Assembly: GCF_006345805.1 (NCBI RefSeq)
Contig: NC_043016.1
Coordinates: forward strand, 11,470,001-11,534,000
DNA from: Octopus sinensis
Lineage: Eukaryota
DNA length: 64,000 nucleotides
Direction of reading: 5' to 3'
Both the position numbers and the translations under genes were made by a program. The notes below the pieces were generated by a model. That model made no database searches, was not told where the DNA came from, and saw only the letters and a list, made by a program, of their open reading frames with translations. Within the stretch, counting starts at the first letter, position 1. Every line of letters begins with the position of its first letter. Shown in pieces: positions 1-14,481 of the stretch.

Positions 1-49
1 GTAATAATAGTAATAATAATGATAATAATAATAATGATGATGATGATAA

Positions 50-93
<44 letters not shown>

Positions 94-190
94 GTAGTAG
101 TAATAATAATGATAAAGATCTTTTTTAGTTACCTAGAAATTATGTTACAAACTGCCGTTCAAACCGAAAAGATCCAATAATAATAATAAT

Positions 191-226
<36 letters not shown>

Positions 227-763
227 CCTTTCCAGAGGAGGCATAAGGCCTGAAATTTGTGGGGTGGGAGTGAGTCGATTCCATCGACTCCAGTGTTTCA
301 CTGGTACTTAATTTATCGATCCCGAAAGGATGAAAGGCAAAGATGACTTCGGCGGAAATAATCCTTTCTATAATAGGCACAAGGCCTGAAATTTGGAGGC
401 GGGGGGGGGGATTGTTGATTACATTGACTCCAGTACTCGACTGGTACTTATTTTATCGATCCCGAGAAGATGAAAGTCAAAGTCGACCTCGGTGAATAAT
501 AAATTTAATACGAACCACTAACAATATCGAACATTTGATTGCTGGAATGTCTTTTTAGCTTGTAGGAGAGGATTCACGTCAACGAGTCATGTCCAGCTAG
601 ACTGCTAACCGTATAATATCGTCCATAGAAGAAGGGATACTACAATGTGTTATACCACAGAAACCTCATGGCAGAGACTCCTTCCCACGCATTCCAGAAG
701 ACCATTATTAAAATCCTCCCTCAGTTCCTATCAATAAAAACCCGTAGCGCATTTCAGAATAAA

Positions 764-1154
764 TCTTTATATATAAAAGTCAAGTTGTGTGTCTGTCTCC
801 TACGATTTAGATTCCAACTACTCCCACATTTTGCGTGCAGTTTAACCAAAACCGAGTATCTTATAGTCGTGATTCATATCGAGCCTTTCTGGTATTAGCG
901 CGCGTCTACGATGAGTCTACGATTAAAAAAAAAATTACCATCATTTTTTTCCATTTTAATGCATTTTTCGCTATTATATAAGGGAAGTAACTCTCTAAAA
1001 ATGTCTACGATGAGTCAATGATTTAAAAAAAATTTACTATCATTTTTTCCCCATTTTTAATGCATTTTTTGCTACTTTTTGGCTATGACTCTCTAAAAAT
1101 GCTCATATAGTTATTTCCCTTACAAACCCGAGCAACGCCGGGCGATACTGCTAG
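764..1154 (+). mobile_element. Non-autonomous Helitron
   Basis: 5' TC, 3' hairpin cccgagcaacgccggg then CTAG, inserted between A and T. Near-identical copy at 42629-43001. Confidence 0.85.
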
Positions 1155-1459
1155 TATCACAAGTTCTTTACGTTTTGAGGTCGACTTTCAATTTCTTCCT
1201 TCGGTGAGGTTCGTAAAAAAAGTACATTATTAGTCAAATGCTAGAGTCTCTATTTGATCAACTAACTCCACACAGCCCACAGCATTTCTAACCTTTTGTC
1301 TAAGTAAGAAATTGTTATTATTACATAACGATTTGGATTCGCAAAGATTCCCTTGAAACTATAAACAAAACACATGTTTTCCGTTGAAATTCCACCTGCG
1401 CTTTCTTTGCTTATTTTCATACTTCCGGGTTCGATGTATCAATATACTAGGAGTTCTCT

Positions 1460-1683
1460 CTTTACTCTTTTACTTGTTTCAGTCATTTGACTGCGGCCAT
1501 GCTGGAGCACCGCCTTTAGTCGAGCAAAAATCGACCCCAGGACTTATTCTTTGTAAGCCTAGTGCTTATTCTATCGGTCTCTTTTTGTCGAACCGCTAAG
1601 TGACGGGCACGTAAACACACCAGCATCGGTTGTCAAGCAATGCTAGGGGTACAAACACAGACACACAAACAATATATCACACA

Positions 1684-1753
<70 letters not shown>

Positions 1754-1957
1754 ATATATATATCATATATATATACATATATATATATACGACGGCTTCT
1801 TTCAGTTTCCGCCTACCAAATCCACTAACAAGGCTTTGGTCGGCCCGAAGGCTATAGTAGAAGACACTTGCCCAAGGTGCCACGCAGTAGGACTGAACCC
1901 TGAACCAAGCGGTTGGTAAACAAGCTACTTACCACACAGCCTTTTTTTTTTTGCCTA
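1460..1957 (-). mobile_element. tRNA-derived SINE family A with central (TA)n/(CA)n
   Basis: Head with A/B-box-like tggctgtgtggt...ggttcagtcc, accttgggcaagt core and (gagtaaaa) tail. Related copies or fragments at about 2987-3312, 6947-7410, 11970-12284, 13590-13735, 21425-21880, 22765-23450, 33237-33747, 41865-42257, 50880-51060, 58248-58580. Confidence 0.85.
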
Positions 1958-1959
1958 TG

Positions 1960-2059
1960 NNNNNNNNNNNNNNNNNNNNNNNNNNNNNNNNNNNNNNNNN
2001 NNNNNNNNNNNNNNNNNNNNNNNNNNNNNNNNNNNNNNNNNNNNNNNNNNNNNNNNNNN
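1960..2059. other. Assembly gap (100 N)
   Basis: Run of N. Confidence 1.
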
Positions 2060-5000
2060 TGATTCCATTGTTTAACAGTTGGTAATATCCTGTACCCATA
2101 TATGCACAAACACACACACAACCCACACATATTATATACGTATATGTGTATACGTATTTGTGTGTCTGTATATGTATGCGCTCCGCTTACACACTTCTAC
2201 CTATGCGTGTGTGTCTACACACACTCACACAACATATATAGAGAGAGAGAGGGAGACGGAGCAGGTAGTGTTTACTGATAGTAAAGCTGAGACAAGCTAA
2301 ATAAAAAGCGAAGTGTACAGTTACAAAGAGCTTGTGTCTTCTTATGACTATTGTTGCTTGACTTCACTCGAAACATTGACAATCGGAGGCGACTGGCTTT
2401 GTTTGTTTGTTTTTTTTCCCCTCTTTTCTTTTTCTATTCTCTTGTTGATCATCTCCCGCCGAAAGGATAAACTAGAAGTTTCACACCATATCGTGTGGAT
2501 CTTATGTTACAATATTCAATTTCTCGACGGTTAAGTATATATTTGTTGCTGTTTAGTCCTGATCCAACAAGACGTATGCTTAAAAGGCATTCCATCCACG
2601 ACTGCCCCACTGAATTTTCAGATACAGTATTATATCTAGGACTAGGGACTAAATTATATCTAAGACAGGGGTTCCCAACTACCGGGCCGTGAAGTCATTT
2701 GGTACAGGGCCGCACAGAATGAATAAATTTTTAATAATTCTTTTTCTTCCTCCCCCACTCTTTTTTCTCTTTGGAATAATGGATCTCGAATCTCAACACA
2801 TAAAGCTATAAATAATAGAAAGTAAATATAGGATAAATAATGGCCATCCATTGAATTTTTCTATTCAAACGGGTTTTTCTACCTAATAGAACTTTATGTG
2901 TGCTTCAAGATCCACTATTCTATAAAAAGAATTATTTCACGTTCTCTCGAAAGTTTACTAAATATCTATGATGTCATCAATATATACTCTTTTACTTGTT
3001 TCAGTCATTTGACTGCGGCCATGCTGGAGCACCGCCTTTAATCGAGCAAATCGACCCCGGGACTTATTCTTTGTAAGCCCAGTACTTATTCTATCGGTCT
3101 CTTTTTGCCGAACCGCTATGTGACGGGGACGTAAACACACCAGCATCGGTTGTCAAGCGATGTTGGAGGGACAAACACAGACACACAAACATATACACAC
3201 ACATACATATATAAATATATACATATATACCACAGGCTTCTTTCAGTTTCCGTCTACCAAATCCACTCACAAGGTATTGGTCGGCCCGAGGCTATAGCAG
3301 AAGACACTCGCCCATTATATATATTGTTTCCGGTGTAAATTAATATTACTAAGAAATATTACCGGTCCCTGGCACGTTAGGGGAAGAAAAAACTGCCGAT
3401 ACGTCACATCAGGTAGTTTGAGAAACACTGATCTATCTGAAGATTTTTCATTATATACTTATTATGTGTCATAATTGAATCATATACTATACACCAATCT
3501 CCTGGTCCGTGGTGGAATTTTCTTGCATAAAACCAGTGCACATTGCGGAAAAAGTTGGAGACATCTAAGGTGTCTTTTGATATTTAGAGGGAGAGTTGCT
3601 GCTATTTCTAGGAGGTCTCTATCTCGAATATATATCACTAATATACATGTCTTATTCAAGCCAACGCTGAAACCTATATACGGTCACTCGATATGCTAGA
3701 ACTAGTAATCATATCTTCAAGACTCTCACACTATCATCATCTAAAAATCGATAGACACGATTTAAAGTCCCGGTAGCACTTGTCCGAATAAAATACCCGG
3801 TGGTCATAACTGGAACGTATTTGAACATGAAGTGTTAGATCTGGCTTAGAGCAAAAGACTCCAAAAATCTGTTAAAATACTGGTTTCAACTTTCCCTCCA
3901 CTGAGCCAGCAAGTAAATTACATCGACTCCAGTACTCTACTGGTACTTATTTTATCGACCCTGAAAGGAGGAAAGGCCAAGTCGACCTCGCCGAATTTGA
4001 ACTTAAAATGTAAAGACAGATGAAATGCCATTAAACAACTTTTTCTCATTTTTATCCGGCGCAATAGCGATTCTACTAACTCGCCGTCGCGAAAGCTAAT
4101 AAAATATTTATTTCTTTATTGCCCACACGGGGCTAAACAGGGACAGACAAAAGGATTAAGTCGATTACATCGACACTAGTGCGTAACTGGTACTTTTTTA
4201 ATCGACCCCGAAAGGATGAAAGGCAAAGTCGACCTCGACCGAATTTGAACTCAGAACGTAACGGCAGACGAAATACCTATTTCTTTACTACCCACAAGGG
4301 GCTAAACACAGAGTGGACGTCGATTACATCGACTCCTCGATTACATCGACTCCAGTGTGTAACTGGTACTTATTTAATCGACCCCGAAAGGATGAAAGTC
4401 AACCTCGGCGGAATTTGAACTCAGAGCGTAACGGCAGACAAATACGGCAAACGTCTCTGCCAGTACGCCGCCCTAAAGCTAATCAAATATTAGCGTTGTT
4501 ATAAGCTGTCGTCTTCTTTTTTTAATCAGGACTCACGCCATTAGCCACATAGAATAATCTCTAATTCGAGCCTGCTCTAAACTACAAAGAATGTAATCCC
4601 AAAAGATCCACCCACCACACGCGATAGACTGGCGGCAGCACGGGCACGAAAGCTACGTTGTTATCCTCATTCCGTAAATGGTGGCTTTTAAGGGGTGGAG
4701 AGCTGAACCATCCTAGGGTACAGAGGATTCGCAATCTAGACTAGGGTCTGAAAGTTTACCACACAATAGTGGGTTACACCATGGTTCCTCCACTTTGTGG
4801 CAGAAGTAGGAAGAAAGTGGTGAAAGAGTACAGCGGGGTTCACCCACCCCCCTGCCGGAACCACATGGAGCTTAGGTGTTTTTGCTCAATAAACACTCAC
4901 AATGCCCGGTCTGGGAATCGAAACCGCGTTCTTACGACCGCGAGTCCGCTACCTTAACCACTGGGCCATTGATTGCGCCTCCACTAAGCTGTCGTTAGCA

Positions 5001-6589
5001 CGCCGGACAAAACGTTTTGGTTTTTCTTCCGTCTTTATGTTCTGAGTTCGAATTTCACCGAGGTCGAATTTTTATTTTCATCTGCTCGGGGTCGGTAAAA
5101 TAAGTACCAATCGAACATTGGGAGTCAATGTAATTGATTATTCGCAATCCCAAAAGAAGGAATGATTCAATGCTGATCCTTAGTGAGGTGGGGGGTATTT
5201 CTCATGTTATGACGTATTGTGTTGATTTAGCCTTTTTATCTTCGCTTTCGTTCGTTTGTTTTCAATGAGTGGGGAAAGTCTTGAATCCACTTCTCTATCT
5301 AAAACACTAAGTAAATATACTTTTAACTTATTCACGACTTTCGTGTGGTTTCCTTTAAGACTTCAGCAAAGTGTAGTATGTTTCTATTATTTATTTTGTC
5401 TGTCAGTTCCTCAATTAATTTCAGTAACTGTATTGCGGTTGACCTTCAGATAAAAAGGAAAGAAAAAATAGTTTTTGGTAATGTAAAAATTCATTCAGGA
5501 TTTTATGTAAAATCAATGTTAGACTCGTTAGTCTGTCTGTATTCGCTCCACTTTCTTATCTTATATATAGCACTAACGCTCCCTCCCCCTCTCTCTCCCT
5601 CTCTCTCTCTCTCTTTCCTCACATGTCTAGCAATTGTCTTCTCTCTCGTCATTGTTGACACAGAATCGTTAAGGGTTTCGCTGCCGTGTATTTAAGAAAT
5701 CTGGGGTTTAGATTAGCGGTTGCCAATAATTTTTGGCCACGGACCCCGTTGATTCCTAATTTATTCCACTCGATCCTTTATAGCCTTTGCTTAAAAGCAT
5801 CTAATTACCTTTTTATAGTTAAATATCATTAGCAATAGTATTTAGAAAAAAAAAAAATATTAAAACGTATCAGCAATTTATTGCAATTAAATTTTAACAA
5901 AATTATATTTAGACCCCCCCAAGAGCCATATGCACCCCGGTTGAGAACCACTGATGTAGATCATCAACTTCTGCTAATTTGTTTGCCTTTAGGCAGTTTT
6001 CTAATTTTTGTTTCTCAAATACTATTTCTGTTCGGTTTCGTCCTCATTAACTCAAGCAATTGTTTGCACCTTCCTTGCTCCATGCTTTTCACTGGAAGTG
6101 TGTACGTTGCCGTATTTGTTTGTCATCCTCTACTTGAATATAAATAATTCTGACCCACCCTTTAGTGTTCAGATTACTCTGTTAAATATAATACTTTTTC
6201 ACTCAAATTGTTTTGAATTAATCATGCATTATCTTATAGATTTGAGGTTTCAATGACGTGATTGTTTATATTTAGAATGACATTGTAGGTTAGGTGTGAG
6301 AGGCTAGATATTGCCAGTTTCAATATAAAACATGTAGAATATATTGGGCCAGATATGGCCGGTTTAAACACTAAAGGGTTAATTCTTGATTTAGCTTTTA
6401 TAAATTACAATGATTCTTTTGGATTTTTCCTTTGCTTTCTGTAACCCTTTTCCTCTCTCCTCTGTATCCCATGCGATACGCAGGAGACATTTCCCTAGCA
6501 TCCATGCATCATATATGATACTCATATTCCCAATTTTTTTCCTACTGCTAGAGTAATAATAGGGTCTTATGAAAGGAAAGCTCTATAGT

Positions 6590-6820
6590 ATTTTTACTAC
6601 CCACAAGGGACTAAACACAGAGAGGACAAACAAGGACAGACAAACGGATTAAGTCGATTATTTCGACCCCAGTGCGTACCTGGTGCTTATTTAATCGACC
6701 CCGAAAGGATGAAAGGCAAAGTCGACCTCGGCGGAATTTCAACTCAGAACGTAGCGGCAGACGAAATACTGCTAAGCATTTTGCCCGGCGTGCTAACGTT
6801 TCTGCCAGCTCACCGCCTTA
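6590..6820 (-). mobile_element. tRNA-derived SINE family B (Meta-domain-like core)
   Basis: Minus strand ggcggtgagctggcagaaacgttag...gttgaaattcc...gcctttcatcctttcggggtcgattaaataag. Copies at about 225-495, 3925-4475, 4985-5150, 10950-11560, 12410-12830, 29375-29500, 32015-32230, 42260-42370, 47063-47270, 53710-53990. Confidence 0.8.
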
Positions 6821-8299
6821 CGAAAGGAAAGCTTTATGTTACTTAGAATGTATGAAATGCGGGCGAACTACAGGTCTGAAAACAAGAATAGACATTTAAG
6901 ACAAACTTTGGCAGATACTTTGTCCAGGTGAAGGGTTATCTTCTTATCTCTTTTACCTGTCTCAGTCATTAGATTGCGATCATGCTGGGGCACCGCTTTG
7001 AAGGGTTTCAGTTGAACAAATCGACCCCGGTAGTTTTTTTGTAAGCTTCGTGCTTATCCTATCAGTTCTTTAAGCGGCTTTGTTACGGGAACTCAAACAA
7101 ACCAACACCAGTTATCAAGTAGTGGGGGAAATAAACAAACAAACACACACACATATAGTCTGGTGAATCGGATGTAGGGTAAGCGCTTTATAAGTGCGAA
7201 ACCAACAGTCACTCTCTGACCGGCCATAACAATTGACAATTTATATAATTGACGGGTTTCCATACAGTTTCCTTTACCAAATCCATTCACAAGGTATTGG
7301 TCGGCCCGAGGCTATTGTAGAAGACACTTGCCCCAGGTGCCACGCAATGGGATTGAACCCGAAAACACGTGGTGGGAAAGCAAACTTATTAGCACGCACC
7401 CACACCTGCGTATCATATTGTATTATCTTTCTTTGTTTCGTGGGAGCGACGTAAGAACTTCGATTAAACAAACAAACAATAGATTGGTTAGATATTTAAC
7501 CAATTGGCTAACGAAAATAAAAAAAGAGGTGATATTGAACCGGTGCTGGTGTTGTTATTATTATTGGTATAATGACCCTCCCTAGGCATAAGATTTGTTT
7601 CAACACACGAATTCACATCAAGAACCTTGTGAACGAAATGCAAAAACGTAGTTCTAAGATCTACTTGGATTCTTAATCTCTCCCATTACCAAGTTTCTTA
7701 TACGTCACGCTGCTGACTTCTGCGACTTACCCTGATCAGCCATAGACGCTGCAATCTCACATTGCAACGTTTACAGGAATATTTGAGGTGGGATGGGGAA
7801 ATTAAAAAAAAAAAAAAAAACAAATCAGTGCGGTATCCCAAATAACCCATCTTTCCTCTCTACCCAAGGACAAATGATACTTTAAATATTGATTGGATTG
7901 ATTGAAAAGTGAATCAAAAATATCTTTTACCTTTGATTACATCGATTTCTCTTGCACCAGGGTTAACGCAAGCCCCCTCCACAATGGTAGAGTTTCACCT
8001 ACTTCTTTCGTTGGAACTTGTCCAAACTGAAGTTCTCTATTTCTTAAAATCTCTCTAGCCAATCTATGATTATTAAAAAGAAAATTTCATTCTTTTTCTT
8101 GTTTCAATTATTTGACTGCGGCCATACTGGAACACCGCCTTTATATATATGGCTGCTTTTTCTAGCATGTAAAAATTACCTGTTAAAGGGTAATTTTCTT
8201 TTGTGCTTAAATGTTCACTATTTTAAAATACGAATATGTTGTCTATTGACTATTTATACATGCTAGGCCACTGGTGATGATATTTCTAAAGAATATTCG

Positions 8300-8342
<43 letters not shown>

Positions 8343-8542
8343 TGTTGTGTCTGGGGAGAGTCATTTTCTTTTGTGCCTTATAATATAGGAAATAAAAATA
8401 AGAAATAAGTGGAAATTTTACCGGTGAGTGTGTTACATTATAAGGTACAAAAAGAAAATGACTCTCCCCAGACACAACAGAATATGCTTCAACACACGAA
8501 CTCATATTAAGAATCTTGCAAACCAAATCCAAAAACGAAATA

Positions 8543-8585
<43 letters not shown>

Positions 8586-8642
8586 ATGTATGTATGTATG
8601 TATGTATGTATGTATGTATGTGTGTATGTGTGTGTGTGTGTG

Positions 8643-8676
<34 letters not shown>

Positions 8677-9027
8677 TGTATGTATGTATGTATGTATGTA
8701 TGCATGCATGCATGCGTGTGTGTATATATGTATGTGTGTATGTATGTAATCAGCCGAAATTGCGAGGATGATCCGGTTCTTGACTGAAGATTAGGGGCTT
8801 CGAATGACCCGTCCGTTTTTTGTGTCGTCTATTTGAATGTTTTGCGTTCTTGTCCCATTTTGTATTTTTATGTGCCCCAGCATGACCACGGCCTTCGGGC
8901 TAAAACATTTTAAAGGATTTTAAGGATATGTATGATGTGTGTGTGTATGTGTGTATTTATTTATTTATTTATTTATTTGTTTATTTCTGTCGGTGATTTT
9001 TCGCAAATTTTGCTGATGTATTTTCAG

Positions 9028-9054
9028 ATGAAACTGAATCCAAAGAAACTAGTG
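9028..9054 (+). CDS. Candidate 27-nt microexon
   Basis: gctgatgtattttcag|ATGAAACTGAATCCAAAGAAACTAGTG|gtaggc; frame-preserving. Confidence 0.2.
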
Positions 9055-10248
9055 GTAGGCTGCATTGGTATATTTTCTCTTCGTAGTTTGGCAATCACCT
9101 GCTAGAATTTCTTCATTTTTATTAAGAATATTTATTAGTAACGTTAAGAGGTTGCAATTATTTATTTGATCTGCTCAAAAATCTGCCAATTTCTGAAATT
9201 TTTGGCATACGTATAGAACAATTGAAAAGTCGCGTGACTTTAATGGTTAAGACTATTCGGCTCGTGATCGTAAGTTTGTGAGTTCATTCCCAGCGACGCG
9301 TTGTGTCCTTGAGCAAGACATTTCTATTATTTGATTTTGCTCCAGTCAATTGAATAATGCCTGCACTTCAAAGAGCCTGTCTTGTCTCTATTCTGTGTCA
9401 CAATGAATCTTCCCGAGAACTACGCTAAGGGTACACAGTGTCTGTGGAGTACTCAGCCACTTGCATATTAATTTCACAACTACACACACACACTCTCTCT
9501 CTCTCTCTCTCTCCCCTTCTCTCGCTTTCTTATTCTTTCACTAACTCTCTTGTCGGAATTTCATACTGACCATCAATCAATCAACGAAGCATGCATGTTT
9601 AGTGTTTATAAATTAATTTCACGCACGCTTGCACACACGCGTTGTATGTGCAAGCATGGGTGCTTATAAAGGAATGTGAAAATGAAGTTTAGAGGCTGGG
9701 CACCCCACCACCACCGCCTCCACGCACACATCTCGAAAGTAAATAGACGTCCTTCGTTACATCGTCTTATTTGTGCAGACACTACTCCTTACAACGGTTA
9801 AATCATTAAGAAAAAGAAAAAAAAAACAAGCGCGAAAGGCATGTCTACTAAATACGAGATTAAGTAGTTAAATGCATCAAATGGCGTGTTTAAATTGTTT
9901 CTTCGTGGGAGTGCTGAAAAGTTCCTCGCTTCAGGGATGTTGCAAAAGACCTGATTGGAGGCCCATCCTTCGAGTTCTTTTACAGTGCTTAGAAAAACTG
10001 CAGGACCGCTGCAATAAATGCGTGAATCTGAGAAGGGGAATATGTTGAATAAAATCATAATTAACTGATCCTCTTGTATTTACTAGAAACACAAACGAAC
10101 CATTTGAAACGACGATGCCACCATCGTGAGTGCAATACTCTCTCTCTATATATATATACCGGAGTAAACACATAAATGTGAAACAAGGTGGAAAAAAGAG
10201 TACCCAAATACCGGTGGTAGAGTAATATGCTTTATTTGCTAGCAAAAA

Positions 10249-10286
10249 CTGTCCGACGAACGGGAACGTGAAACTCAGAGTAACAG
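10249..10286 (+). ncRNA. Type I HHR motif with CCGACGA core (same family as 16475)
   Basis: ctgt-CCGACGA-acg ggaa cgt-GAAAC-tcaga-GTA-acag. Host element 10158-10320 resembles 16165-16545. Confidence 0.65.
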
Positions 10287-10339
10287 GTTTTGTTGAATTT
10301 TCTGCTGCTTTTAAATAAAGTATGTATATATATATATAT

Positions 10340-10565
10340 GATGGCTGCCCCCTCCTTATCGAGTATGGCCATTGCACGAAGCTTAACTGTTACTGGTGCT
10401 GTGATCGAATGTGACTTTTTAGCCCAGCTAAAGATCTACAGTCTTGTAAAGAATTGGCAGCTAAAACCTTTACTGGTAATAGCCGGCTGTAGTTGTAACT
10501 GGGATTCATGTACCTTTGCATGTCGTTTAAGTCCTCCTGCCAAATTACACTCTCTTCCACATGCC
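10340..10565 (-). mobile_element. RTE-like LINE 3' end with C-terminal zinc-finger remnants
   Basis: Minus strand reads CGRECNLAGGLKRHAKVH...FSCQF then, after a frameshift, CRSLAGLKSHIRSQHQ*; short tail follows. Confidence 0.6.
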
Positions 10566-10623
10566 TACATACATACAAGGTTAACCTATATATATATATA
10601 TACATACATGCATACAAGATTGG

Positions 10624-10662
<39 letters not shown>

Positions 10663-10763
10663 CATGCATACAAGATTGGCCTATATATATATATATATAT
10701 ATATACATGCATACAAGATTGGCCTATAATATATATATATATATATTAATAATATATATATAT

Positions 10764-10796
<33 letters not shown>

Positions 10797-13024
10797 GTAC
10801 AGGGTTGGTCAAAAGTCACCTGACATTAAATCAAAACCATCTAAATATGAAACATTTTCCCATTCGAGTCTTAAAGTAGTTCTCGGAGATTCTGCGTGAC
10901 ACAGAACGTGAAAGGCTGGTCCTTTGAAATACAGGCACAACTCATTTTAAAGACTTTGCCTTTCAACCTTTCGGAGGTCGATAAATTAAGTACCAATGAA
11001 ATACTGGGATCGATGTAATCGATTATCTACTCCTCCCTCCGCCCCACCACCACCAAATTCCAGGCCTTGTGCCTTTAGTAGAAAGGAATATTATTATTAT
11101 TGTGGAGCAGCAGGTTAAGGCACCGGCAGATGGCCTGCGGTATTTGTTTCGGCACTTTACGTTCTGTGTTCAATTCAAGCCGAGGTCGACTTTGCTTTTC
11201 ATCATTTCGGGGTCGATAAATTAAGTACCAGTTGCGTACTAGGGTCGATGTAATCGACATACCTTCTCCCCTAAAATTTCAGGCCTTGTGCCTATAGTAG
11301 AAAGGACTATTATCATTATTGTGGAGCAGCAGATTAAGGTGCCGGCGTATAAGATGGCTTGCGGTATTTGTTCCGGCACTTTACGGTCTCAGTTCAAATC
11401 ACGCCGAAGTAAAACTTTGCCTTTCATCCCAACTCTCACTTCGCCCCGGGGTGAGGTGGCGGTGCGGATGTCGATAAAACCAAGGTACCAGTCAAGTGCT
11501 GGAGCCGATATAAATTAACTTAACCCCAACCCTTGTACCTAAATCAGAAGCAATTACTATTGTTGTTGTTGAGGCTTTGATGAGGACTTAATAACACACC
11601 CATCAACTTCTTCAAGTGCCACTTGAGGAGAATGGTGAAGGTGACGAGGGGTGGCGCTGTCACCCTCGTAACAAAGTTTCAAGAAAGTTTTGGTAAGAAT
11701 GAGAAAGTTAGCGTGACGAAATGGGGGCCTGCGCCAAATATGTGACGGCAAAGAACTGCGAGAAGGCAAGTCGCCTTCAATCTATCAAAGTAACTTCGAG
11801 GTTGTGCGGTGGTGGTGGTGGTGGTGGTGTTAGGGAATCGGATTATGTATTCCCGTCCCCTTCCCTATCCCTATCCCTTTGAAGGGATCCTTTCTTGTTC
11901 TTTTGTTGTTTTTGTTTCTATGTTCCTATTTTTTTCATTTGCGTCGATCTTGCAAAGGTGTACATCTCTCTCTTTTACTTGTTTCAATCATTTGACTGCG
12001 GCCATGCTGGAGCACCGCCTTTAGTGACGGGGACGTAAACACACCAGCATCGGTTGTCAAGCAATGCTAGGGGGGCAAACACAGACACACAAACACACAT
12101 ATATATATATATACATATATACGACGGGCTTCTTTCAGTTTCCGTCTACCAAATCCACTCACAAGGCTTTGGTCAGCCCGAGGCTATAGTAGAAGACACT
12201 TGCCCAAGGAGCCACGCAGTAGTACTGAACCCGGAACCATGTGGCTGGTAAGCAAGCTACTTACCACACAGCCACTCCTGCGCCACATCATTCATCATTC
12301 TGCTACATTTGGTTCTTGCTTCCCAGTGTTTTTCATCATTGTACTGTCCCCCCCCCGATGTTTTGGGGGCCCTGTATCCCAATAAAAGAATGAATTATTA
12401 TTGATTTCAAATATTGGCACATTGCCAGCAACTTCGTTGGGATGAGGGTTAAGTCGATTACATTGACCACCAGCACTCAACTGGTACTTAATTTATCGAA
12501 CCCCGAAAGGATGAAAGGCAAAGTCGACCTCGGCGGAATTTGAACTCAATCCATCTTTGCAGACAAAATGCTGCCGGGCACTTTGCTTTGTGTACTAACA
12601 ATTCTGCAAGTTCACTATATTATTATTATTATTGCTAAACTTTGGCTGGCGGACTCGTTAGCGCACCAGACAAAACGCTTAGCGGCATTTCCGTCTATAT
12701 TCTCTGAGATCAAATTCCGTCGAAGAAGACTTTGCCTTTCTTCCTTTCGAAATAAAACCCCAGTTGAGCACTGGTTTCGATGTAGTCGATTAGTCTCCTC
12801 TTGCGAAATTTCAGACCTTCTGTACACAACAGAAATAATGACTTTTTACCTGTTTTTTTCCCCCAAAATAATAGAGATACATAATAGATATACATTCACA
12901 ACACCTATAATCATGTAGTATTTTATATGGATGTATGAATGTATCTGTGTGTGTGTGTGGATGGGTGAGTGTATATGTATGTAGGTAGGCAGTTAAGTAT
13001 ATATGTATGTTTAGATGTGTCTCA

Positions 13025-13068
<44 letters not shown>

Positions 13069-13154
13069 ATCCAAACATGAAAGCACAAAAAAAAAACACA
13101 ACAACGCGAGGACGTGGAACAAATATAGTATTATTGGACGCTCAGGATAGGAGG

Positions 13155-13189
13155 GTTTAACGTTTCGAGTGGAGCTCTTCGTCGGAAAC
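13155..13189 (-). ncRNA. Minimal HHR-like motif, CCGACGA core
   Basis: Reverse complement reads gttt-CCGACGA-a-gagc tcc actc-GAAAC-GTT-aaac. A degenerate second unit lies near 13370-13400 in the same element (13065-13562). Confidence 0.55.
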
Positions 13190-14443
13190 ATAGGAGAAGG
13201 AAAGATCCAGAAAAGGGAAGACAGAGGGGAAAAAATCGCCAACGGTACACACGCGGTCACATTTTGAATGACCGGAAGGAAGTTCAAATATACAGAAAGC
13301 AAAACACGAAGAAAGGTTAGGGAACAATGCGCAGGTGTATTAATCTGACGCTCGGGAAGAATGGAAAAGTTTTGACGTTTGCTAGCTCTACAACGAAAGT
13401 CTTTCTGATTAAGCGCAAATTCTCCAGCTACTTTGCCACTCTTGTCCAATCAGCTCTTGGTGTTGTCCATCCCCTGCGTCCATTGCGAGTGCCTTGATCT
13501 ACTGCCCGCTACACTTCTTTCCTTGATGTTTTCCAGATCTCCGTTTCTTCGGGGGCACGCTATATTTATATACACACACACACATAGAGGTTTGGGCGTG
13601 GCTGTGTGGCAAGAAGCTTGCTTCCCAACCACATGGTTCCGTGTTCAGTCCTACTGCATGGCACCATGGGCATGTGTCTTCTACTATAGCCTCATGAGTG
13701 GATTTGTTAGACGGAAACTGGAAGAAGGCCGTCGCACAAATATAGAAATAGTTTGTGCGACGAAAGCAGGGTTGAGAAAGCTCTGGTCTACGTCCACATA
13801 ATACTGTCTATCTTTCTCCTTCGTTTTTTTTTAAAGACTTGTAGACGTGTAAGATTTGATGGAGATTTTAGCTGCAATGTTCGTAAACATGTCGAGTGAC
13901 TTCCCCAGAAGTTTCCTCGTATAGCAACAGCGTATGTTGTATGCAATAATGTACGACTGGATCCGTGAAAACGTTAAATTACGTTACGCGGGAAGTTAGT
14001 ATAGCAACGACTACCAAATTAAATCGTACGAATGGATTTTTTTCCTTTTTCTATTTATGTAGTTTACCATTGTTCAATGTCGTAGCCACATCAAGTGATG
14101 ATCTTTAGAGGGAGAGAGAGAGAGTTTACGAATCTGCTGGCATCCTGGAAAAGCTGCGTGACACCGATGTTCTTCGTCACGCGCGTAGATGCATGCGCAT
14201 GCGTACATAACGCATTCTTCCAGTTACAAAGACTGCTTTACATTTATGTTGAGTCGCATAATTTATTGCTTCTGTTGAATCAACATATGTGTGTGTGTAG
14301 TTCAAGAACACAACGCACTACCCGATCCAGAAATCGATACCCCGATCTCGTGGTCGCGAGTGCAAGATCATGCTTATATGCTTATGTTTACATCAATATA
14401 CGTATGCAAAAGAGAAAACGGTAATATTTACGCTGCCTTTTAC

Positions 14444-14481
<38 letters not shown>

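Noticed and set aside
7157-7213. agt-CTGGTGA...GAAAC-caaca-GTC-act inside a SINE microsatellite
   Set aside because: HHR-like outline, but the core is altered and stem II does not close next to the core; not called as a feature.
8784-8815. CTGAAGA...GAAT...GTC
   Set aside because: GAAT instead of GAAA and no convincing stems; at most a decayed remnant.
10390-10565. C2H2 zinc-finger gene fragment
   Set aside because: Frameshifted, followed by a LINE-type tail and without splice sites; better explained as an RTE C-terminus.
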